Positions 10,302 through 20,303 of a stretch of 63,109 nucleotides of DNA are shown piece by piece. The notes under the pieces were generated by a model. The model was not told where the DNA came from and did not search any database. It saw only the letters and a list, made by a program, of their open reading frames with translations. Location: positions 1-63,109 of the forward strand of contig JBNJDY010000003.1 in assembly GCA_051745305.1 (NCBI GenBank). The letters are read 5' to 3'. How positions within the stretch are numbered: position 1 is the stretch's first letter; each line of letters starts with the position of its first letter. The DNA is from Thermoplasmatota archaeon. GTDB taxonomy: Archaea > Thermoplasmatota > Thermoplasmata > Halarchaeoplasmatales > Halarchaeoplasmataceae. Both the position numbers and the translations under genes were made by a program.

Positions 10302-10847
10302 TCACCAAGGTTCGTTTTTTAGTCCTAATTTATAACCTATTATGTTAACTATTCGGTGAAGAAGGGGGACTCCGATTATAAGAATTATTAAAGCTATCCA
10401 ACCATCAGATGAGAAATAGGTATTTATTATCCAAACAGAGTCTGTTAAAAACGTAAGTAAAATTGCACCAAATACGAAATCTAACTGATCAATTATCGGG
10501 GTTTTAGCGCCTCGTTCTTTTCCTGATCTCCTTTTAAAAAAACTAGCCATGATGTCCCCTAATAAAGCACCAAATGAAAGTGAAAAGATAATTAGATATG
10601 CGCTGTTGGAATCCGGATACATTTTTAAGAAAGGGGACACCAAAAAATTAAAAGCGATAGTGATCAACCCACCAGCGATACCTCCTCCAAAAAGTCCTCT
10701 CCATGTTTTACCGTCTCCGAAGACCCTTTTTCCATTGATTTTCAAACCACCATCTATGGGAGTGCCACCTCCGAAGATAACGGCTAAGGGATTTGCAATG
10801 AGAGCCGGGATGAATGCCAATATCGCTCCTACTACTTCGATATTCAT
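10302..10847 (-). CDS. carS: CDP-archaeol synthase (DUF46 family)
   Basis: Polytopic 181-aa protein with PIDGG....GKRVFGDGKTWRGLFGG, as in archaeal CarS. Confidence 0.75.
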   Translation of the reverse strand: MNIEVVGAILAFIPALIANPLAVIFGGGTPIDGGLKINGKRVFGDGKTWRGLFGGGIAGGLITIAFNFLVSPFLKMYPDSNSAYLIIFSLSFGALLGDIMASFFKRRSGKERGAKTPIIDQLDFVFGAILLTFLTDSVWIINTYFSSDGWIALIILIIGVPLLHRIVNIIGYKLGLKNEPW

Positions 10848-10884
10848 CGGTTTGGAATCGTCTTATCTATTAAATACTCTTTCA

Positions 10885-11652
10885 TCAAAGAAGACTTTTT
10901 TCCATCTCCATTACCTTCTTTATACGCTGTGCCAAAAGCTCGATCCCTGCATCCCACAGTTTTTCACCTTTTTCTTTTGTAGCTTTTTTTGGATCACCCA
11001 AAACGCCTATCTTACTAAGCTCATGAGTGTCCCAGGCAAAATCGAATGGAGGATCGTTATCGAATTCAAACTCATCATCCGGAAAATCCATCTCCATCTC
11101 CGGGATTGATTCTTTATCTACCAATTCTTCTCGATTCGCCAGTGAAGTGGATGTTTCGTATTCCCCAGCATGTACATCATTTTTTGAATCCACGTACTTC
11201 TTTTTACCTGGCTCCATGCTCTCTCCGGAATCTATGAAAACTAAGAGTCCTGTTTCTCTTTTCAGTTTCTTAGCAGCCAATCTGATAGTAGAAGTGTTTC
11301 CCCCATGGGCATTATAAATGAACAATTTTTGGATGCCGTGATGGATGATTGATCTTCCGATATCGATTATAATATCTCTAAGTGTTTCAGATCTGATCGT
11401 TAAAGTCCCAGAAAATCCCATATGATGGTCGCTGACTCCGTACGAAATCGTGGGCAATATGAGGGGTTTCGGAGATTCTATTCTTTTAACGGCCTCCTCT
11501 AAGATATACCCAGCATCAAAAGTATCGGTATCCAACGGCAGATGTGGTCCGTGCTGTTCTATACTACCTATTGGAAGGAGTGCAGTATCTACGAATCGTG
11601 TTCTTTGTTCAAGCTCCGCTCTAGTCATCTCTCCCCATTTTATCTTCTGCAT
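10885..11652 (-). CDS. Creatininase-family amidohydrolase (ArfB-like possible)
   Basis: LPIGSIEQHGPHLPLDTD and the NAHGGN motif. Confidence 0.8.
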   Translation of the reverse strand: MQKIKWGEMTRAELEQRTRFVDTALLPIGSIEQHGPHLPLDTDTFDAGYILEEAVKRIESPKPLILPTISYGVSDHHMGFSGTLTIRSETLRDIIIDIGRSIIHHGIQKLFIYNAHGGNTSTIRLAAKKLKRETGLLVFIDSGESMEPGKKKYVDSKNDVHAGEYETSTSLANREELVDKESIPEMEMDFPDDEFEFDNDPPFDFAWDTHELSKIGVLGDPKKATKEKGEKLWDAGIELLAQRIKKVMEMEKSLL

Positions 11653-11719
11653 GGTTGTTAAAATGTAAATGTCAAATTTAGGTTTTTCCTCCCTAAAGAT
11701 TATTATGATTTATTCGATT

Positions 11720-11968
11720 ATGACTCTTATGAAAACCTCTAGGGATATATTGAATGAACTCAAATGGACTCGTTCAAAATCTTTAGAAAGGGCTGAAATT
11801 TTTTACGTCCACAGAGGGGCACCTAACGATTACAAAATAATCGAAGGTGAGGAGATTTTAGATTTGGGTCGCTCCTTTATAAAATTGGAAGATGGACATA
11901 TACCGTATCATAGGATATTTCAGATCGTGTACGAAGGAGAGGTTATATTTTCACGTGATAAGTCATAA
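11720..11968 (+). CDS. DUF504 / UPF0248 small protein (start uncertain: 11669, 11720 or 11729)
   Basis: The pattern ILNELKW...........YVHRGAP.........I......F......IPYHRI is typical of the family. Confidence 0.5.
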   Translation: MTLMKTSRDILNELKWTRSKSLERAEIFYVHRGAPNDYKIIEGEEILDLGRSFIKLEDGHIPYHRIFQIVYEGEVIFSRDKS

Positions 11969-12589
11969 TTTTTTCAGTAATTCGTCTATATCTTCTCGAA
12001 GTTTTTCCCTGTTTGAAGATATAGCAATATCCCCTCTTGTTTTTTCCACCAAAGCCCTTGCTATGTCCTGTTTATTTTTGATTGGAATTATAGCTTTAGG
12101 ATAGTCCAATTCCATAAGCATATCCTTTATATGACTCATGGCATCAAGCAATTCTTCAGCTCTTTGAACATCGCCTTCGGTCAATTTTTCTAGACACTGC
12201 CGACGTAGTTCCCCTATCACATCAGCTAGTCCAAGCAGGTAAGCACTAGGAGTTATATCTAATTCCTTTGCTCCCATAAGTTCTCTATCTGAAGTCAGGG
12301 CCCAGAGTATATGAGCTTCAGCTAATTCTTGAAAACCATTCCTCAGGAATCCTGAATGGAACAGTTCTGGATAACCTTCTATGATACTTTTTAATTTGGA
12401 AACTTCCTGGATCGCTTCGTTGAAACTCTGCTGAGGATTACAATCTTGGTGGATCTCTTTAATAATCTTTCTAGACAGTCTTCTTATAGCTCTAGATGAT
12501 TTTAATGCTAGCTCTCTGACTGTGTCCTTATCATCTAACTGGCCATCGATCTTTTTGACCTCTTGTTCTAATTCATCCAAATTTTTCAT
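11963..12589 (-). CDS. Translin-family protein
   Basis: 208-aa helical protein. AYLLGLADVIGELRR resembles the translin/TRAX core. Confidence 0.65.
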   Translation of the reverse strand: MKNLDELEQEVKKIDGQLDDKDTVRELALKSSRAIRRLSRKIIKEIHQDCNPQQSFNEAIQEVSKLKSIIEGYPELFHSGFLRNGFQELAEAHILWALTSDRELMGAKELDITPSAYLLGLADVIGELRRQCLEKLTEGDVQRAEELLDAMSHIKDMLMELDYPKAIIPIKNKQDIARALVEKTRGDIAISSNREKLREDIDELLKKL

Positions 12590-12591
12590 TT

Positions 12592-13920
12592 TTAATCTCC
12601 CTTGATCATCTTCATATGTTCTACTTTACGTTCTATACTCTTGGGTTTACCTATATCGTGTCTCATGTGAACTTTATCCCCTTTAACATGTGATAAAGCT
12701 CTTTCACTTGCCGACTCCGCTTCTTCCAACTTCTCTGAATAACCGCAGACAGCTAGTGATCTCGAAGTGGTAGTGTAAATCTTTCCGTCTTTTTCATCGA
12801 CGGACGCATAAAACAATTGAGCGCCCTCTGCTTCTATTGCCTCCTCATCTATCTCCAACTCAGCGCCAGAAACAGGATCGATGCCGTACCCTTCAGGTAC
12901 TATGTATTTGCAGACGCTTGATTTTTTCTGGAAAGATACATCCAATTCAGATATGTCTCCTTCGGCTATCTTTTTGCATACCTCTACATAGTTGTTTTCA
13001 AGAAGAGGTAGAACATTCATGGCTTCCGGATCACCCCATCGGCAATTATACTCTATTATCTTTGGTCCTTTCTTTGTAAGCATGAATTGACCGTATAGTA
13101 CACCCTTGTAAGTCACACCTTCTTTTTTCAAGGCCTTAAGGGTTTCTTGGATGATCGAAACGCTCTCATCGTAAATTTTCTGATCAACAAACGGAAGTAA
13201 TCCATCAGCTTGGGAATATGAACCCATACCACCTGTATTCGGTCCTTCATCCCCTTCAAATAATCGTTTATGGTCCTGGACTAAAGGCACGGGTATCAGA
13301 TTTTCACCATCGGTGAAAACCTGTAGTGTATACTCTTCACCTTTTAATCTCTCTTCCAGGATCAACTTGGATTTCCCACCAATTTGATTCTCTATTACTT
13401 TGTGACAATAAGCTATGACTTCTTCTTTGTTCTCTAGATGTTCACCCATTATTTTTACACCTTTTCCACCGGTCAGACCTACTGGCTTGACTGCCAACTC
13501 CCCTTCATAATGAGCTAAAAAGTCCTCTATCTCCTCTATATTGTCGAAGATATGGTAATCTACTTTTCCCGGCAGATCGTATTTCTGCATAATATTTCTC
13601 ATGAACTCTTTAGATATCTCTATCTGGGCTGCATTTTTATTTGGACTAGCACACTTGATACCTTTTTTTTCCAATTCATCAACGATCCCTTTACCCAAGG
13701 GGGCCTCCGGACCGATAACGGCTAAGTCCACTTCCTTTTTCTCGGCCCATTCTACCACTTCGTCGATGTTAATACCCTTTTCTAGTAAAAATTCCTTCGA
13801 TAAACGAGCGATGCCTGGATTCTTGTTACCCATGGCTGCATAGATTTCCGCACCGCCGTCGTGAAGCGCTTTTACGATTGTGTGCTCTCTTGCACCTCCT
13901 CCAACAGTAAGTATCTTCAT
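12592..13920 (-). CDS. purD: Phosphoribosylamine-glycine ligase
   Basis: MKILTVGGGAREH, ATP-grasp core, GPNTGGMGSY. Full-length at 442 aa. Confidence 0.95.
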   Translation of the reverse strand: MKILTVGGGAREHTIVKALHDGGAEIYAAMGNKNPGIARLSKEFLLEKGINIDEVVEWAEKKEVDLAVIGPEAPLGKGIVDELEKKGIKCASPNKNAAQIEISKEFMRNIMQKYDLPGKVDYHIFDNIEEIEDFLAHYEGELAVKPVGLTGGKGVKIMGEHLENKEEVIAYCHKVIENQIGGKSKLILEERLKGEEYTLQVFTDGENLIPVPLVQDHKRLFEGDEGPNTGGMGSYSQADGLLPFVDQKIYDESVSIIQETLKALKKEGVTYKGVLYGQFMLTKKGPKIIEYNCRWGDPEAMNVLPLLENNYVEVCKKIAEGDISELDVSFQKKSSVCKYIVPEGYGIDPVSGAELEIDEEAIEAEGAQLFYASVDEKDGKIYTTTSRSLAVCGYSEKLEEAESASERALSHVKGDKVHMRHDIGKPKSIERKVEHMKMIKGD

Positions 13921-13959
13921 AGTTATCGATAATGGTAAAAAGGTGGTACAATATAAGAT

Positions 13960-14553
13960 TTAGTCCGAAATGTACTCCTCTTTTTTCTTCGAAAGTACGA
14001 TTTTATCCTCTTCAACGGATTCTATGTCATCAGCATCGATCTTGATATCTTTTGTTTTAACATCCATGTAAGATGGAACGGGCCCTTCTTCCAGGTGACT
14101 TGTTGGGAGTGAAATCGTCATATCTTCAAAGGACATCATAGGAACCGCATATCTTTCGATCTCCCCCTGATCGTCTCTTGTTCGTAGGACTTTAGCTCTG
14201 ATACGGATGTATTCTAGGTCACCATCCTTATCCTTTTCAGCCTCTACGACTCTACCGATCTCAGTGTCCTCACAGTCCACGACCTTTGTGTCCATTAGGT
14301 TTCTTTCTGGGCAAATCCATAAATAGATCCGATCTGGAGTTATTTTATCGATGTATTTGAGATCTATCTTAAAATATTCTCCGAAAAAACCTTTGTGGAT
14401 CAAAAGACTAGTGGGACTGAGAGTAGTAGTGTTTATCTCTATATCGTCGACGTGACCGAAATGTTCCCCTTCCGCGTCGTAAACATGCGTGCCTTTGATC
14501 TTGTTGAAAGTTGTCTTCCCCTCTTTAGAAATGATCTTACCCATCTCTATCAA
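13960..14553 (-). CDS. PRC-barrel domain protein (two copies)
   Basis: G..VYDAEGEHFGHVDDIEI and a second TKVVDCEDTEIGRVVEAE unit. Confidence 0.6.
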   Translation of the reverse strand: MIEMGKIISKEGKTTFNKIKGTHVYDAEGEHFGHVDDIEINTTTLSPTSLLIHKGFFGEYFKIDLKYIDKITPDRIYLWICPERNLMDTKVVDCEDTEIGRVVEAEKDKDGDLEYIRIRAKVLRTRDDQGEIERYAVPMMSFEDMTISLPTSHLEEGPVPSYMDVKTKDIKIDADDIESVEEDKIVLSKKKEEYISD

Positions 14554-14612
14554 ATGTATAATATGTTTTTAAGTACTTTATATTTGCCCTAATCATCCAT
14601 TTATTTTCAGCT

Positions 14613-16067
14613 TTACCTCAGTATTTCCGAGATCATCTGTATATCATCTCTTACTATACCTTTTAAAAGATACAACACGGTAAAATAGCTGACTATACCT
14701 ATGGGAAGTATCCAAAGAGCTGAAATGTTTAGGTCAAAATACGTTGGGGTGTACAGTAAAAGTGCCATAAACATGCTCGAGACATAAGGTTTCCATAGAT
14801 AGGATACGGGTGCAGGTAATAACTGTTCACTAACAATGTGGTAATTCAGGAGGAAATGAAATATCTCTGCCAAAACGATAGCAATAGCTGCCCCCAGCGC
14901 TCCGTAAATGGGTATCAATATTATTCCAGATATTACCAAAGCCGCAGAGGCCATCATAAGATTCTTTGACGAGTCAAAAGTTCGTTCACTTGACCACAAT
15001 ACCATCTTCAAGCTGCCGTTCATAAAAAGGAATGGTATCATCCAAATCATAGTCTTGAATACTTCGATAGTCATTTGATATTCCACAGTATATATCAATC
15101 GAAGTATATCTCCAGCGATCACATAAAGTCCTAAAGTTAAAGGTAAGGACAATATCAGTAAAAATCTAAGTGATTCTAAATAAGCCCGTTTTAATATCTT
15201 TCTGCCAGATGAGTATAATCTAGAAAATACAGGATATATAGCCCTTCCAAATGAATAGGGCACTACTCCTAAAAATATGATGATCTTCCAGCTAGCACTG
15301 TAAAGGCCCGTGGCATAACTACTAGAAAAAAAAGCTAAAAGGACTATTATCACATGCCCATAGATGACGCTTACCGTAACAAAAAGGGCGAATGGGGAGG
15401 AAGTTTTTAGCAAACTTCTCCATCTTTTTGGGTCGGGAGAGGATATCTTTGAAATTGGCAGTCCGATTCTATATATAACAATCGACAAAAATAGTTGGAA
15501 AATGTAAGACACTAAAAGGAATATAAGGATTTTTAGAAGTCCATAATCTAGATATATGGCTAATATACCGAGTGAAAGGTATACTATCTTCCATATCAAA
15601 GTTACTAGAGCCTGTAATTCCATCCTTTCAAGGGCCTGAAATTGAGCAGAAAACGCATTAGATAATTTTTCGAATGTCAAGATTAGTACTGCGATCAATA
15701 TTATGTAAAAAGGTATGTTAATTCCGATGTTACCTGCGATCACGTAGTAAATTATCGATATAACTAGTATTGTTATCGATCCCAAAAGCAGCCTTAGAAA
15801 AAGGATATCCCCTAAATACTTAGGTGCTTTTTTCGGTTCTATTGAAACCTCACGGATAGTCATCTCATCTAACCCCCAATCAACAACCACCGTTGAGATA
15901 TAGGAAATAGCTAGTACTGAGTTAAAAATCCCGAAAGATGTAGGTAAAAGATGATTGGCTAAAAGGATTATAAAAACTGCACTGAACACCCTTGCTATTA
16001 TCTGGGCAGATGCCAGCCAGCCTGTATTTTTTAACACCTTAACGAATCCTTTCACTGGATCACGCAT
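14613..16067 (-). CDS. Oligosaccharide/polysaccharide flippase (MOP/Wzx family)
   Basis: 484 aa, about 12-14 hydrophobic segments, Wzx-like N-terminus. Confidence 0.75.
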   Translation of the reverse strand: MRDPVKGFVKVLKNTGWLASAQIIARVFSAVFIILLANHLLPTSFGIFNSVLAISYISTVVVDWGLDEMTIREVSIEPKKAPKYLGDILFLRLLLGSITILVISIIYYVIAGNIGINIPFYIILIAVLILTFEKLSNAFSAQFQALERMELQALVTLIWKIVYLSLGILAIYLDYGLLKILIFLLVSYIFQLFLSIVIYRIGLPISKISSPDPKRWRSLLKTSSPFALFVTVSVIYGHVIIVLLAFFSSSYATGLYSASWKIIIFLGVVPYSFGRAIYPVFSRLYSSGRKILKRAYLESLRFLLILSLPLTLGLYVIAGDILRLIYTVEYQMTIEVFKTMIWMIPFLFMNGSLKMVLWSSERTFDSSKNLMMASAALVISGIILIPIYGALGAAIAIVLAEIFHFLLNYHIVSEQLLPAPVSYLWKPYVSSMFMALLLYTPTYFDLNISALWILPIGIVSYFTVLYLLKGIVRDDIQMISEILR

Positions 16068-16101
16068 TTGTAATAAAGCTACTTTATAAAAATTCTTTCT
16101 A

Positions 16102-17142
16102 TTATTTAGAAGTTGAGTAGGTATATTCGAACAGTCGTTTCATCCATGAGGTAACATCGATTTTGTCCCTTAACAACCTTTTCCTACCTGTTTTGAAATC
16201 TACTTTGATAGTCCCCTCAAGTATTGAACGTACTGCAAAAAAAGCTTCGTGGGGTGTCGTTATCTGTGCACCCAATTCATACTTTATTTCCTGGTCTTCA
16301 AGATAACCTCTATTCTTGTTAGATAAGTAAATCCATGGTACTCCTAGTACACCTGCTTCAGAAGCTGTAGTTGCGCCTTCACCAACATAAAGTTTCGAAA
16401 AAGCTAAGATATCGTGGAATTTATGATCTGGGATATCACTTTCATAATCACTAATCGGTTCAGGGAGAGGTTCTTCTGAATTTACTATCACCGGACCATA
16501 TTCATCCAGCAATCTTACAAGGTCTATCATCTCCCTCCTATTTAACATACGTTCGTCTAACTGATGACTAGCATCCATAGACGAGAATCTTACAATGGTA
16601 TATTCTCTTGGTTTTAATCCGAGTTCTTTTAAAACGCTTTTATCCGGTTTGAATCGATTTGGATGTAGATAGGCTAGTTCATGATAACCTTTGTATTTGA
16701 GGTGCTTATTCTTGGGTACACTTCCCCTATAACAGTCAGGTGTCGCTATAATATCCGCACATGAAAAAGTTAGTAGGTTTGTGAAAGTTGCAGTTTCAGT
16801 GTCCATGAAATCAATTGTTGCTGCACCTAAAACAGAGCCAGCATGAACGGAATACAATCCACCTATCGAAGCGGTTACATCCGGCTCGATATTCCGTGCT
16901 TTACTTATAAGTGAAAAATCGTTATGGACAACTCCTAGTCCCTTACCCAATTTTCCAGTGTAAGTCTTTCCGAAAGTCTCATAATCGAATCCTAGAAGGT
17001 CGAGTAAAGTTGTAGTATTTTCCCTCTCTTTAACCATTATGTAAAATTCATGACCCTCTTTCTCCATATCCCTGATTAGATGCTTGAAGAAATGAACATG
17101 GGCGGGGTGAGCGATAACGATCAATACCTTCAAGTATGACAC
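16102..17142 (-). CDS. DUF354 domain protein (glycosyltransferase/epimerase-like fold)
   Basis: N-terminal IAHPAHVHFFK and the ...GEGATTASEAGVLGVP... pattern typical of DUF354. Confidence 0.65.
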   Translation of the reverse strand: MSYLKVLIVIAHPAHVHFFKHLIRDMEKEGHEFYIMVKERENTTTLLDLLGFDYETFGKTYTGKLGKGLGVVHNDFSLISKARNIEPDVTASIGGLYSVHAGSVLGAATIDFMDTETATFTNLLTFSCADIIATPDCYRGSVPKNKHLKYKGYHELAYLHPNRFKPDKSVLKELGLKPREYTIVRFSSMDASHQLDERMLNRREMIDLVRLLDEYGPVIVNSEEPLPEPISDYESDIPDHKFHDILAFSKLYVGEGATTASEAGVLGVPWIYLSNKNRGYLEDQEIKYELGAQITTPHEAFFAVRSILEGTIKVDFKTGRKRLLRDKIDVTSWMKRLFEYTYSTSK

Positions 17143-17228
17143 CGTATCAAAAATAGTCGAGGATGATATAAAGATAACCCAGTTTTTATCAGAAAATCCT
17201 TTTATTAGGACTCTATTAGATATGCAAA

Positions 17229-17732
17229 ATGGATATCATAGAAATCTTGTTGAATACGGGAAGCGATCCGATCGCCTATTCCATAATATTCTTCGTTTAT
17301 GTTGTTCTAGCTGCTGTGATACTCCCTATCCCAGTGGAGCTAGGCTTATTCAACCCATATATGAGTCCTATACTTTTAGTGGGTATACTGGCGGTAGGGA
17401 AGGGAGTAGGTTCTTACTTTGTTTTTGAGATAGGCACCAAGGCTAGAAAGAAAATAAAAAAAATATCAACTAGCAATTCGTTCATCAGTAAGATAGTGGA
17501 ATATTCAGAGTGGTTCGTTAGAAAATGGGGATATTACGGTCTTCTTGTGGTATTGAGTACACCCCTTATGATAGATTCCATCAGTCTTTACCTCTTCTCA
17601 CTACTCAATCCTGAAGAAAAGGACGAGGGGATGGATAAGAGTAATTTTATAATTGTGAATGTAGTAGCTGGGGCCATCAGGGGCGTTATAACATTGGCTG
17701 TGTTCTATTATGCTGGTGTAAAATTAGCCTGA
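17229..17732 (+). CDS. Membrane protein, YqaA/DedA (SNARE-associated) like
   Basis: 167 aa, 4 hydrophobic segments, ...AAVILPIPVE...GKGVGSY pattern. Confidence 0.45.
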   Translation: MDIIEILLNTGSDPIAYSIIFFVYVVLAAVILPIPVELGLFNPYMSPILLVGILAVGKGVGSYFVFEIGTKARKKIKKISTSNSFISKIVEYSEWFVRKWGYYGLLVVLSTPLMIDSISLYLFSLLNPEEKDEGMDKSNFIIVNVVAGAIRGVITLAVFYYAGVKLA

Positions 17733-17784
17733 ACGGACCTATTTTCGATAAAACTTAATAAGATTATACCTGTAAATTCTACTG

Positions 17785-18357
17785 ATGAGTTGGATCATAC
17801 TGATACTGTTCACATTTGGGATAGTGGCTTTAGCTGAAATTGGAGATAAAACACAGTTGATGACCATATCTCTCGCTGCAAAATACCATGTAAAACCTGT
17901 ATTTTGGGGCATATTTTTAGGGATGAGCCTGATAACTATAGTTGGGGTGATTATTGGAACTATTCTATACAATTTGGTCTCCCCCTTTTACGTGAATGTT
18001 CTCGCCTCGATCATCTTCATCTTCTTCGGAGTCTTTTCTCTTTATAAGGAAGAAAACGAGAGTGAAGAAGAGCTCGATAATAAAAAAATATTCACTACTT
18101 CTTTTTTTCTAGCTTTGGTAGCTGAATTTGGAGATAAAACACAGCTAGTTATCATAGCTCTTACCGCACAATATGAAGCTCCTATCTTTGTTCTTATCGG
18201 AGCTTTAGCAGGTCTTGGCCTAGTTATCAGTATAGGCGTTGTTTTCGGTTCTAAATTAACTGAAATAGTGGAGAAAGATAAAATCGAATTAGCAGCGGCA
18301 CTGTTATTCATCATTATCGGAGTAGCCTCCCTGGTAAATACTCTCTTTTTAGGATAA
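17785..18357 (+). CDS. UPF0016 (GDT1/TMEM165/MneA) family cation transporter
   Basis: Two E-x-G-D-K-T-Q motifs (EIGDKTQ, EFGDKTQ) in a 6-TM protein. Confidence 0.85.
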   Translation: MSWIILILFTFGIVALAEIGDKTQLMTISLAAKYHVKPVFWGIFLGMSLITIVGVIIGTILYNLVSPFYVNVLASIIFIFFGVFSLYKEENESEEELDNKKIFTTSFFLALVAEFGDKTQLVIIALTAQYEAPIFVLIGALAGLGLVISIGVVFGSKLTEIVEKDKIELAAALLFIIIGVASLVNTLFLG

Positions 18358-18388
18358 ATACTATTATTCTGTTCTATTATCCCTAATC

Positions 18389-18925
18389 ATGCCTCATTGG
18401 AATTGTAAAGATAGTAAGGTAGTAGCAAGGTCTACGTTTTTTACGCTTAGAGAAGATGATGTGGTTTTAAAGGATGGTAAAGAGAAAACGTACACTATAA
18501 TGGATATACCGGATTTTGCTGGCGTGATCCCCATCCTTGGTGACAGGCTAGTCATGATCAAAAACTATCGATACCCTGTTGACAAAAAGATTCTAGAACT
18601 TCCTGCTGGTTTGATAGATAAAGGAGAAGAACCGATAGATACTGCACGACGTGAGCTTGAGGAGGAGACTGGGTACTTACTTAAAAATGCTGAAAAACTT
18701 GTGGAGTATTATCCGATAGCAAGCCTTAATTCTCAAAGGGCACACCTGTTTATCGGTGAAGTGAAAAGTGGTGGCAAGATCGATAGAGATGGTGGCGAAG
18801 ATATGAGTGTAGAATTGATCCCGATTGATAAAATATATGAAATGTTAGAAAATAAAAAAATATCACACCCTCATACTATGATCGCTCTATTCTACGGAAA
18901 AAATAAATTATCAGAAAGGATTTAA
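18389..18925 (+). CDS. NUDIX hydrolase (ADP-ribose pyrophosphatase-like)
   Basis: Nudix box GLIDKGEEPIDTARRELEEETGY. Confidence 0.85.
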   Translation: MPHWNCKDSKVVARSTFFTLREDDVVLKDGKEKTYTIMDIPDFAGVIPILGDRLVMIKNYRYPVDKKILELPAGLIDKGEEPIDTARRELEEETGYLLKNAEKLVEYYPIASLNSQRAHLFIGEVKSGGKIDRDGGEDMSVELIPIDKIYEMLENKKISHPHTMIALFYGKNKLSERI

Positions 18926-18983
18926 TATGCGATATGATGACCGAAAATGTTTATAGATAAAACTCGATTTCGGAAGGCTGTTT

Positions 18984-20291
18984 ATGGCAAAAAAGGTCAA
19001 AAGTGAAGGCGGTAGCATATTTTGCTCTTACTGTGGAACCGCTGTTCAAGAAGAAGACGATAACTGTCCAAGCTGCGGAGAAGAATTAGAGGATGGATTG
19101 ATAGATGGTGTCCTGTGTCCATCTTGTGGAAATCCAGTTGATCCGATGGAAGATGTCTGTCCAGAGTGCGGAAAAGACTTGACAGATGTAGCAGCTAGCG
19201 CAGACGGTGACGAAGAATTCCTTTCAAAACTATTAGGATGGGGAGATGAAACTGAAGGAAAATTGGAACAAAAGATCGAGGAAAAACGGAAAGCTATGGA
19301 AGTCTTCAAGAAAGTGGCCAATGGTGCTGGAGGTAAGAAAAAAGAAAAAAAAGTAGAAGAGAAGAACGAAGTCGAAACCGATATCTCTTATGATCTTATG
19401 GTTAAACCCTTCCAAGATGTTGTAAATACAGCTGAAAAAAGTTTGGATGAGATAAAGAAAAATATCATGGAAGTTAAAAAAGAGATAGACGACGTCAATG
19501 ATGATGAAGAAAAAGAACGTCTAAAGAATAGATTAGAAGCGCTTAAAAATAGGAAGAATAGATTCCATAGGATGATCGCTAGCATCGAAGAGATGGACAG
19601 AGCGGTAGAACGATTACTAGAGAAACAGAGGAGCGAATTGGAAGAAAAACAGGAGGAGCTAAAAAATAGGATCAAAGAGTTCAAGAAAGTAGTGAAACGG
19701 AAGGATAAAGAGAGAGAAGATATCGAAGAAAAGAAGAGATCATTAGAAAAAAAGGACGAAAAGCTTAAAGAAAAGGAAATGGAACTCAGCGTTTGGGAGG
19801 AAGAACTAAAAAAGAAGGAAGAAAAATTGAAAGGTGAAGTCCATGGTTATAAGGAAAGTGAAGAGGCCTTGGAAAAAATCGAAAAGGGTATACCTGAAGA
19901 AGGTAAAGTAACAAAAGAAGAATGGTTGGCGGAACAGAAAAAAATCCAAAAAGAACTTTTTGATCTAAAAGATATGTGGGGCGAAGACGATGAATTTATC
20001 GACATCACAAATGACTCTATACCAAAAGTAAAGAAGAAGATCAAAGAAAAAGAAGGGGATTGGAAAGATAAGATAAGATCACTTGAAATTGAGTTAGAAA
20101 AAGTTCGTGAAGAAAAGAAAAAACTAGAAAATAAAACCCTGGAGATGGATGTCAAAAGGGAAGAGATCGAAACTATATTGTCAGTTCTAGATGATCTACT
20201 GGGTAACCTTCCTGAAGAAAAAATACGTGAGTTTGCGAAATCAAAACACTTCAAGCTTTATGAGAAGATTATGGATGCTTTTGAACTGTAA
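18984..20291 (+). CDS. Double zinc-ribbon protein with long E/K-rich coiled coil and a short unique C-terminal helix
   Basis: Zinc knuckles CSYCG..x..CPSCG and CPSCG..x..CPECG are followed by a heptad-like E/K/R/L region. C-terminus is LPEEKIREFAKSKHFKLYEKIMDAF. Confidence 0.8.
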   Translation: MAKKVKSEGGSIFCSYCGTAVQEEDDNCPSCGEELEDGLIDGVLCPSCGNPVDPMEDVCPECGKDLTDVAASADGDEEFLSKLLGWGDETEGKLEQKIEEKRKAMEVFKKVANGAGGKKKEKKVEEKNEVETDISYDLMVKPFQDVVNTAEKSLDEIKKNIMEVKKEIDDVNDDEEKERLKNRLEALKNRKNRFHRMIASIEEMDRAVERLLEKQRSELEEKQEELKNRIKEFKKVVKRKDKEREDIEEKKRSLEKKDEKLKEKEMELSVWEEELKKKEEKLKGEVHGYKESEEALEKIEKGIPEEGKVTKEEWLAEQKKIQKELFDLKDMWGEDDEFIDITNDSIPKVKKKIKEKEGDWKDKIRSLEIELEKVREEKKKLENKTLEMDVKREEIETILSVLDDLLGNLPEEKIREFAKSKHFKLYEKIMDAFEL

Positions 20292-20303
20292 GGAGTAATA
20301 GAT

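Noticed and set aside
9815-11109. ORFs 9815-10216(+) and 10549-11109(+)
   Set aside because: They are antisense to pyrE, carS and the creatininase-family gene. Their translations are low-complexity Ser/Thr/Pro-rich with no motifs.
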